In this document: piece by piece, positions 8,377 through 14,457 of the stretch
Layout: every line of letters begins with the position of its first letter
How positions within the stretch are numbered: position 1 is the first letter of the stretch
Origin: Pseudomonadota bacterium
Lineage (GTDB): Bacteria; Bdellovibrionota; FAC87; UBA2466
DNA length: 18,766 nucleotides
Reading direction: 5' to 3'
Assembly: GCA_043718025.1 (NCBI GenBank)
Contig: JAYSWN010000203.1
Location: forward strand, 1 to 18,766
Made by a program: the position numbers and the translations under genes
Notes under the pieces: model-generated
Seen by the model: only the letters and a program-made list of their open reading frames with translations
Database searches by the model: none
What the model was told of the DNA's origin: nothing

Positions 8377-9504
8377 CTAATTCCGCACTCCGGCGATCTC
8401 ATAAAATTCGTTACCCTCGAATCGGGCAGAGCTTTGTCCGCTCCCATAAAGCGCCATTTCAAAACAAGGTCGGAATTCTGCATCACCTTTGCTGTAACTG
8501 GTTAACTCGCCATTTAGCGAAGTAACAAAGAGCGGATCGCCTTTCTTGATCTGATCTGAGTCGGCAATGGCATTACTCACCCCTTTAGGCATGGGGGAAA
8601 TCTCGTTTCGGGACACTACCCCTGATATCGATTCACCAGGGTATTGAAAACTCACGCGATAGGAATCCTTAGAGGACGTCCCTTCAAAACGGGCTTGGAT
8701 CCATTCCGTTAAGTTTTTCCCCGCCGGCCGCGCGAGCACGCGGTCGCCTTTTTTGGCGCGAGTCGGGAATCGCTCCCACGCTTTGCTAGGCACGTAGTAG
8801 AAATCCATCGGGTCGTAACCATTACCTTTTTGTCCAAATAGCCCACCGCTCGTCGATGCTAAGCATTTTTCTATTCGGCGAGAAACGGTAACCTCCTCGT
8901 AAATCGCATAGTTTTGAATAGAGAGCACTTTGACCAATACGTTCTCCCCCGCTTTGATTTCGCGTTTGAGTTTCGACACTGTAGTCGGTTCCAGCAGGTC
9001 TTTCGTAGCTACAATAAATGGGCGTGTACTACCCAAGTCCCCGCTCGTGAAATCAATCCATCGGCAAGGAATGCCGTTTTTTGAGGAGGTGCCTTCAATG
9101 GGTTCCAACTCCCCAGATTCGGTTTTGTTGCATTGGAACTCTAGTGCTGACACCCCACCGTCAACGATCAAAGGATGGCCCGACCGTGAAAAGGTTTTAC
9201 CCCGCCGTGTCATGAGGTTACTCGACTCGGTCATGACTTTATCCGACTCTGGCATGATTTTAAGTAGTCGGTGCGACTTATCGGCTGCTTCTTTCCGGCG
9301 TTCGCATGGCATCTCAGAAATCAGCAATGTCAGGTCAGCTGCGGACCGCTCAAATCGTTTTAGCCCTTTGGCCTGCTCTGCGTCCGTAATAACAAACTGT
9401 CGTTTAGCGTTGTGCCAGTAGGCGCACTTTTCCTGCGCCAGCAAGACGGCGGCGTTTGTTTGTGCAACTAGTAAACAGAGAATGCGCGTATTAAGAAAAG
9501 TCAT
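8377..9504 (-). CDS. Secreted hypothetical protein with Tudor/Agenet/SH3-like beta-barrel segments
   Basis: Track start 9585; ATG 9504 preferred (AGGA upstream, signal-like MTFLNTRILCLLVAQTNAAVLLA). Segment KKGDRVLAR..W..ARFEG...YRVSF...VSRNEISP resembles a Tudor/Agenet domain. Confidence 0.65.
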   Translation of the reverse strand: MTFLNTRILCLLVAQTNAAVLLAQEKCAYWHNAKRQFVITDAEQAKGLKRFERSAADLTLLISEMPCERRKEAADKSHRLLKIMPESDKVMTESSNLMTRRGKTFSRSGHPLIVDGGVSALEFQCNKTESGELEPIEGTSSKNGIPCRWIDFTSGDLGSTRPFIVATKDLLEPTTVSKLKREIKAGENVLVKVLSIQNYAIYEEVTVSRRIEKCLASTSGGLFGQKGNGYDPMDFYYVPSKAWERFPTRAKKGDRVLARPAGKNLTEWIQARFEGTSSKDSYRVSFQYPGESISGVVSRNEISPMPKGVSNAIADSDQIKKGDPLFVTSLNGELTSYSKGDAEFRPCFEMALYGSGQSSARFEGNEFYEIAGVRN

Positions 9505-9650
9505 TGTTTTTCCTGAAGAGGGGTACTGCCTCGCTTTGGCGGCGTCGGCAGACCGGATCCTTTGAATTGCGTTCTGCCCCATCAAATCGGTGCTCTTTTA
9601 CGATCTAGGAAATGGTAACACGGGGGAAATAAAAGGTAACTTCCGCAAAA

Positions 9651-9764
9651 AGAGGTCCGCGGCCCTAACGCCGCGTCAGTCGGCGTTTCGGGGCAATTAT
9701 TGCCCTTAATTAAATTTACCGCCATTAGACGGTGGAAGGAAATGGCCGCTAATGCTGCCTATCC
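9651..9764. repeat. Copy B of the dispersed ~114-bp intergenic repeat
   Basis: Ungapped hand alignment to 13138-13251: 87/114 identical, 59/70 in the left part. Confidence 0.92.
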
Positions 9765-9810
9765 CTTCCCTTGCTTTTAAATGCCAATTTATAGGCCAGT
9801 GACAAAACTA

Positions 9811-11298
9811 TCACTCCGAGGCGAAGGGGTTGACCGCAAAGCCGGTGCGGACGAGCGTACGCACGGCTGGCGAGTGGAAGTCTTGCTTGCCTTTGGTTAG
9901 CAATCGAATGATCGGATCCCAATTTTCCGGACTGCTATCCGGCGCCAATGGAATGCGTATCTCGGAAACGTACTGGTATTGAAAGGGTTCTGAATTGTTG
10001 ATGCCGTCCAATATTAAGCGTTTGGTTTTGTGGATTTGAGAAAACGTATCATTGCTTTCGCGGCCGAGAAAAGCGAGTGCGGCATGCACCATTCCCGGAC
10101 TCATCTGTTCCTGCGGCGTCTGCGCAAGAATGTCGCTCGTAGCAAACCCCGCCGGGTCTTCCTCAATGGCCCTGCGGAGCAGCCCTTTCACCCCCGTTGA
10201 CCAGTCAAAGAGCGGATGGTGCATCACGGCATTGGCCCTGCTACTCAATTCATCTTCGTAATGCGAACTCACTGGTAATGAGGACTTTTCATGCCGTTCC
10301 CGCAAGTGCGTTAACCATTCTTTTAGAGCCGTCAGTCTTTTATTGTATTCGGCAAGCTCCTCCGGAGTGCTGGGGATTCGGGCTTTTTCAAAGGCTCTCG
10401 CAGGATCTTTGATTTTGGCGGCGACGGTTGCTTCGCCGCGATCATGAGTCAACGGACGGTGAATCCCTGGGCCAGGCGAACCCGACACCAAACCCTCCTG
10501 CATTACTTTGGGAATAGTGGGGCTGGGGCCACGCCGAATGCATTCGTGTGCGGCGAATGCCAACTTACTGTTTCCGGAATAGGTCAATTTAAGGACTGGT
10601 TCCCAAATCTGCCAAGGGTACCCAGGTTGAATCGGTAAACTCAGCCCGGTTGCCCAAACTGCGTGGGGATTTTCAGAAGTCATGGGACGATCAATGGCGT
10701 CCAGAATTCTTAGCTTCGTCTCCTCCACCATATAGCCGCTTTCGTCTCGCTTCAGAAAATCAAGAAAAGCCTTCACCAGCGGCTCGGTAACCGCGTGTTG
10801 CGGTAACGTGCGCAAGACCAGCGCCGTGGCGCTTCCCGTGCCATCGATTAAAATGGCCCGCTCGAGCAGAGCCTTGTTGTTCGGACTCCAATTAAAACCA
10901 TCGTGGTTAATAACTCTATCCACGAATTGGCCAAGTTTTGTCTCGTTAGCCTTGCACCATGCGGAATTTTTTTTCCTTTCTGATGGGCTATCCGAACAAC
11001 TGACCAAGGCAAATAGCTCTCCGATAGTCTTTTCAAAATCATTTCTCACCACAGAAAAAATCCGCTGCTGATTGGCATCGATTCGTTGCTGTTTTAGTCG
11101 CAGCGGCCGCTGCAACGTCTGATCGCGAGCCAATTGATCTTCAAATAAAAAGTCACTTGGGGAACTCACTTCGGCTTTATAGGTCTGTGGAGAAGACTTC
11201 TGATTTACCGCGGAATGAGCAAGAGGTTCACCGGCAAACAGCGTTTGGCCAACGAATAGCAAAAAAACGGATGAAAACTGCCAAATCAAATTTCTCAT
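9811..11298 (-). CDS. Secreted hypothetical protein with an internally duplicated ~130-aa helical domain
   Basis: Signal peptide MRNLIWQFSSVFLLFVGQTLFA. Two homologous segments begin VINHDGFNWS..LLERAI and VMHHPLFDWS..LLRRAI. Confidence 0.75.
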   Translation of the reverse strand: MRNLIWQFSSVFLLFVGQTLFAGEPLAHSAVNQKSSPQTYKAEVSSPSDFLFEDQLARDQTLQRPLRLKQQRIDANQQRIFSVVRNDFEKTIGELFALVSCSDSPSERKKNSAWCKANETKLGQFVDRVINHDGFNWSPNNKALLERAILIDGTGSATALVLRTLPQHAVTEPLVKAFLDFLKRDESGYMVEETKLRILDAIDRPMTSENPHAVWATGLSLPIQPGYPWQIWEPVLKLTYSGNSKLAFAAHECIRRGPSPTIPKVMQEGLVSGSPGPGIHRPLTHDRGEATVAAKIKDPARAFEKARIPSTPEELAEYNKRLTALKEWLTHLRERHEKSSLPVSSHYEDELSSRANAVMHHPLFDWSTGVKGLLRRAIEEDPAGFATSDILAQTPQEQMSPGMVHAALAFLGRESNDTFSQIHKTKRLILDGINNSEPFQYQYVSEIRIPLAPDSSPENWDPIIRLLTKGKQDFHSPAVRTLVRTGFAVNPFASE

Positions 11299-11437
11299 TC
11301 TGCCCCCCCAGCACCCTCGACTTATTGCAAAACATTAACCAACCTATGAGGCCAAAATTAGGGGGAATACCTGCAGTATGCGCCAGCCGAGAATCTCTCC
11401 ATACGGTCGATCTACAGTGATAGGTGGAAAAAGGTGG

Positions 11438-11477
11438 ATTAGACGCTGGAAGGAAATGACCCTTTATACCTTCTATC
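11438..11477. repeat. Partial, chimeric copy C (right end) of the dispersed repeat
   Basis: First 21 nt match copy B at 20/21; last 27 nt match copy D at 26/27. The two blocks overlap at AGGAAATG. Confidence 0.85.
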
Positions 11478-11529
11478 TGTAGCGAATCGTTGCGGTTGGA
11501 ATGCCCGCCAGTGGTGGCAGGTTTGAAAG

Positions 11530-11566
11530 AGGCCCAGGTGCTCAAAGTACCTGGGCCTTCCCTTTT
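11530..11566 (+). terminator. Strong hairpin, terminator-like
   Basis: 13-bp stem AGGCCCAGGTGCT-CAA-AGTACCTGGGCCT (one G-T pair) followed by TCCCTTTT. Confidence 0.45.
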
Positions 11567-11655
11567 CTCCGTGTCCGCTCGAAACTCCACCCCGCCAGCA
11601 GGGAAATATACAGAATTGTTAACTTTTTTCCCGTAAATGCGATCACCGAAACACT

Positions 11656-11672
11656 TGATACTATGATACTAT
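11656..11672 (+). promoter_or_regulatory. Tandem TGATACTA repeat: extended -10 / operator-like site of the RHH-MNT operon
   Basis: TGATACTA twice in tandem; each copy with the following T reads TGnTACTAT. Lies just upstream of GAGG and ATG 11679. Confidence 0.5.
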
Positions 11673-11678
11673 AGAGGC

Positions 11679-12248
11679 ATGAGTCGCCCATCGGGAAAAT
11701 TCATTGTGCGCGTGCCGCAGGAGCTTCATGAAGCCCTTAAATGGTGCAGCCAAAAAGAAGGAATCTCGCTGAACGAAGTTTGCCGGCGAAGGCTGGGGTC
11801 GGAGCCTAATTCACCAACGGTTTCTCCGTTAGTGCGGCAACTCCTGGCTCTTAAACTTCCCCTCGAAGGTATAGTGCTATTTGGCTCTACCGCCCGGGGA
11901 GAGTCCACCGCCAGCTCGGATGTCGATCTGCTTTTGGTCCTAAAGGGCGGGACCCCGGTGTCGAGAATTCTCTATGGCGCGTGGGACGACGAATCTGCAA
12001 AACCGGAAAATCGGGCGTCGTGGAAAGCGCTTTCCCCCCACTTCGTGGCTTTGCCCGAAGGGATTAAGGACGTGGGGAGTCTATGGTTCGAAGTGGCACT
12101 GGATGGCGTGATACTTTGGGAAAGAGAAAGAGTGGTATCCGCAGTGCTGTATCGCCTCCGCGATGCCATGGCCCGGGGAAGGATTACTCGAAAATTTTCT
12201 CATGGACACCCGTATTGGGTGAAGAACAGGATGACGAATGAAGAATAG
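11679..12248 (+). CDS. HicB-like ribbon-helix-helix plus MNT fusion; putative antitoxin
   Basis: N-terminal SGKFIVRVPQELHEAL...EGISLNE (HicB-like RHH), LFGSTARGESTASSDVD (GSx10DxD), C-terminal HGHPYW. Overlaps the HEPN gene by 11 bp. Confidence 0.88.
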   Translation: MSRPSGKFIVRVPQELHEALKWCSQKEGISLNEVCRRRLGSEPNSPTVSPLVRQLLALKLPLEGIVLFGSTARGESTASSDVDLLLVLKGGTPVSRILYGAWDDESAKPENRASWKALSPHFVALPEGIKDVGSLWFEVALDGVILWERERVVSAVLYRLRDAMARGRITRKFSHGHPYWVKNRMTNEE

Positions 12249-12657
12249 GTCCTTGGGCGAAGACTACTTGTTGCGGGCTAAGTTGCGCTGCGGGGCCGTA
12301 GACTACCTTTTTAAAAATAAGGCTTACGCTGACACCGTTCGCGAGTCGCAGGAGATCGTAGAGTTGGCGCTCAAAGGCCTGCTGCGCCTTTCCCACATTG
12401 AAGTGCCTCGGATCCACGACGTGGGGGAGATTCTGCTTACCCAGATAACCGCCTTGCCAGAGGAGGTTCGTCCCCACGTAGAGCATTTCGCCGACGTATC
12501 CCGCCGTCTGCGCCGAGATCGCGAGCTGGCATTCTACGGAGCGGAAGATCTCACCCCTTCAGAGTTCTACAAACGGGCCGATGCGGAGACCGCTCGCGAC
12601 GCCGCGGTCGGCATAGTGGATACCCTCTTTAAGGCGCTGAAACTCTCATCCCGGTAA
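12238..12657 (+). CDS. HEPN domain protein (partner of MNT; putative toxin)
   Basis: YADTVRESQEIVELALKGLLR...PRIHDV...LRRDRELAFYG. Homologous to 7675-8103. Confidence 0.88.
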   Translation: MKNRSLGEDYLLRAKLRCGAVDYLFKNKAYADTVRESQEIVELALKGLLRLSHIEVPRIHDVGEILLTQITALPEEVRPHVEHFADVSRRLRRDRELAFYGAEDLTPSEFYKRADAETARDAAVGIVDTLFKALKLSSR

Positions 12658-12692
12658 GAAAGAACTTCGGCACGGAATAAGATTTGTATCCT

Positions 12693-12989
12693 CTAGGCGC
12701 GCAAGTTGGCCGAGCTGGAACGGGTGAACTTACGGGATTCTTTGGTCGCCACTACGGGAATGGCCTGCTTCTCTTTATTCCGGGCAATCTCGAGATTGCG
12801 GCTAAGGGCCGCCTCGATGAAGCCCACGAACAGCGGATGCGGCGCAAACGGTTTGCTGCGGAATTCCGGATGGAATTGGCAGGAGAGGAACCACGGGTGT
12901 TTGGGTAGCTCCATTATCTCCACAAGATTCATCTCCTGGTTGGTTCCGGAGAAAAGCATACCGCGCTCTTCGAGCTGCGTTTTGTAGTG
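12693..12989 (-). pseudogene. pyrG: 3' fragment of CTP synthase (C-terminus of the glutamine amidotransferase domain)
   Basis: [14 protein letters not shown]...[41 protein letters not shown], containing the QFHPEF motif. An in-frame TGA at 12998-12996 lies upstream and the rest of the gene is absent. Confidence 0.9.
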
Positions 12990-13002
12990 TACGGCTCACC
13001 AT

Positions 13003-13029
13003 GAAAATGGGCGATTACACTTCCTATCC
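13003..13029. repeat. Degenerate right-end copy E of the dispersed repeat
   Basis: GAAAATGGGCGATTACACTTCCTATCC versus copy D GGAAATGACGCTTTATACCTTCTATCC: 18/27, ungapped. Confidence 0.5.
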
Positions 13030-13118
13030 ACCGACCACGAAGTGCAAGAGGTTCGAGCGTAGGTCTAAAGGGTTACCTGTTTTGCAAGTTTGCGCTTAGC
13101 GAGGCGCCGTTTGATCGG

Positions 13119-13251
13119 GGATAGGCGCTCTGTAGAGAGAGGTTCGCGGTCCTTACACCGCGTCAGACGGCGTTTTGGGGTACTTATTGCCCGTAATTAA
13201 ATTTATGGCGATTAGCGGCTTCTAGGAAATGACGCTTTATACCTTCTATCC
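13119..13251. repeat. Copy D of the dispersed repeat, bounded by GGATAG...CTATCC inverted ends
   Basis: 13138-13251 aligns to copy B. The left end GGATAGGCGCT is the exact reverse complement of copy A's right end AGCGCCTATCC (3158-3168). Confidence 0.9.
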
Positions 13252-13374
13252 ATGACCCGCGATGACATTCGCCAGCTATTCGCTCACAGCGCGAGTAGCG
13301 TTACGGAGCGGTACATCCATCATCGCGGTTCCAACCTCGACAAAGTAGCCCAAGTAATACGGCTATTTCCGTAG
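13252..13374 (+). pseudogene. C-terminal remnant of a tyrosine recombinase/integrase
   Basis: Translates MTRDDIRQLFAHSASSVTERYIHHRGSNLDKVAQVIRLFP*, matching the box II pattern LLGH-S-x3-T-x2-Y-x-H with catalytic Tyr. Too short to appear in the ORF track. Confidence 0.75.
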
Positions 13375-13395
13375 TGTCCCAGAAATGTCCCAGAA
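13375..13395. repeat. Tandem 10-bp direct repeat, resembling integrase arm-type sites
   Basis: TGTCCCAGAA-A-TGTCCCAGAA between the integrase remnant and the tRNA. Confidence 0.6.
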
Positions 13396-13469
13396 CGGCC
13401 AAAAATCGAGGTAGACGGATTTCAAGGCACCATGCTAAGTAACTGAACCGGTTAGCCATTTCTCAATAA

Positions 13470-13546
13470 GCGGGTGTAGCTCATTTGGCTAGAGCATCAG
13501 CCTTCCAAGCTGAGGGTAGCCAGTTCGAACCTGGTCACCCGCTCCA
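13470..13546 (+). tRNA. tRNA-Gly (anticodon TCC)
   Basis: Full cloverleaf: acceptor GCGGGTG/CACCCGC, D stem GCTC/GAGC, anticodon stem TCAGC/GCTGA with loop CT-TCC-AA, T-loop TTCGAAC, discriminator T, encoded CCA. Confidence 0.97.
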
Positions 13547-13775
13547 TTAGTCGAAGTATTCGAACCACCAGACAAACGAATAGGCAGGTTGGGCGCCGAA
13601 ACGGTGCCAGGGTCGACGTGTGTCTCGTGGGGCATGGGCTCCCAATCAATCGGCACGATTACACTCTTACCTGCAGCAAATTGGGGAGTACCGTGGCAAG
13701 CAAGAACTCTGAAAAGCCGACCCCAACTGGGCGAAATACGTGCTAACAGGAAAAGATTTTCCGTCCGTGCTATTA

Positions 13776-13789
13776 TCTTACAAGTAAGA
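13776..13789. promoter_or_regulatory. Palindromic operator-like site upstream of the AbrB-PIN operon
   Basis: TCTTAC-AA-GTAAGA perfect inverted repeat just before the GAGGTG RBS. Confidence 0.55.
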
Positions 13790-13801
13790 AAGAGGTGATT
13801 T

Positions 13802-14062
13802 ATGGCAGTCTCTACGACAAAGATGTCTTCCAAAGGTCAGGTAGTAATACCCGATGAAATCAGAAGGAGAATGAGGCTCAAAGAAGGGGCGCATTTTGTG
13901 GTTCTGGGAGAAGGGGACACGGTTGTCTTAAAACGCGTCGCGCCACCTACGCGGGGGGATATCCGCGAATTACTAGCCGACGCCGAAAAGCAGGCGAAGC
14001 AGGCCGGATTGACTAAGGCAGACGTTCGGAAGGCTATTTTGGATGTCAGAAAACGCAGATGA
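13802..14062 (+). CDS. AbrB/MazE/SpoVT-family antitoxin
   Basis: TKMSSKGQVVIPDEIRRRMRLKEG motif, strong RBS, ATGA overlap with the PIN gene. Confidence 0.92.
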   Translation: MAVSTTKMSSKGQVVIPDEIRRRMRLKEGAHFVVLGEGDTVVLKRVAPPTRGDIRELLADAEKQAKQAGLTKADVRKAILDVRKRR

Positions 14063-14457
14063 GGATCGTTCTGGATACTAACGTCCTCATTTCTGGGCTG
14101 TTTTGGCCCTCTGGACCACCGCGGACCCTGTTGGAAAAATGGCTAGTGGGGAAGGTTTCAGTTCTCGCCTCCCAGGAGATAATTGATGAGTACCGCGCCG
14201 TCGTTCGGCGCCTGAGTCAAAAAAGAAGCATGGACGTGACAAGGCTTCTTGAGCGTCTATTGATGCTAGTGGACTACGTGATGGTCTCCCCGCTCCCCGC
14301 CCAGATCTGCGACGATCCGGACGATGACAAATTCATCGCGGCGGCAGTGGCGGGCCGAGTGAAATATATTGTCACTGGGGACAGGGCGCTACTCAGGGTA
14401 AAACGGTTTCGAAGGACGGAAATTGTCACCCCGAGCACATTCCTAAATTCTCTCTAA
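14059..14457 (+). CDS. PIN-domain (VapC-like) toxin
   Basis: MRIVLDTNVLISG, E in IIDEY, DDPDDDKFIAAA and IVTGDRALL acidic catalytic motifs. Confidence 0.92.
   Translation: MRIVLDTNVLISGLFWPSGPPRTLLEKWLVGKVSVLASQEIIDEYRAVVRRLSQKRSMDVTRLLERLLMLVDYVMVSPLPAQICDDPDDDKFIAAAVAGRVKYIVTGDRALLRVKRFRRTEIVTPSTFLNSL

Noticed and set aside
8100..8486. 128-aa minus-strand ORF and other short overlapping ORFs (e.g. 1770-2075, 8930-9421, 13489-13833, 17086-17487)
   Set aside because: They are shadow ORFs overlapping better-supported genes or the tRNA, with no recognisable motifs.
9651..9764. Repeats as canonical integron attC sites (CCTAAC motifs at 9664 and 3100; GTTAGGC at 16762)
   Set aside because: No paired RYYYAAC...GTTRRRY ends or single long imperfect hairpin, TAAC is not kept in copy D (TTAC), and no intI is in the window.
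3075..13251. CRISPR array
   Set aside because: The repeats are long, degenerate and kilobases apart. There are no regular spacers and no cas genes.
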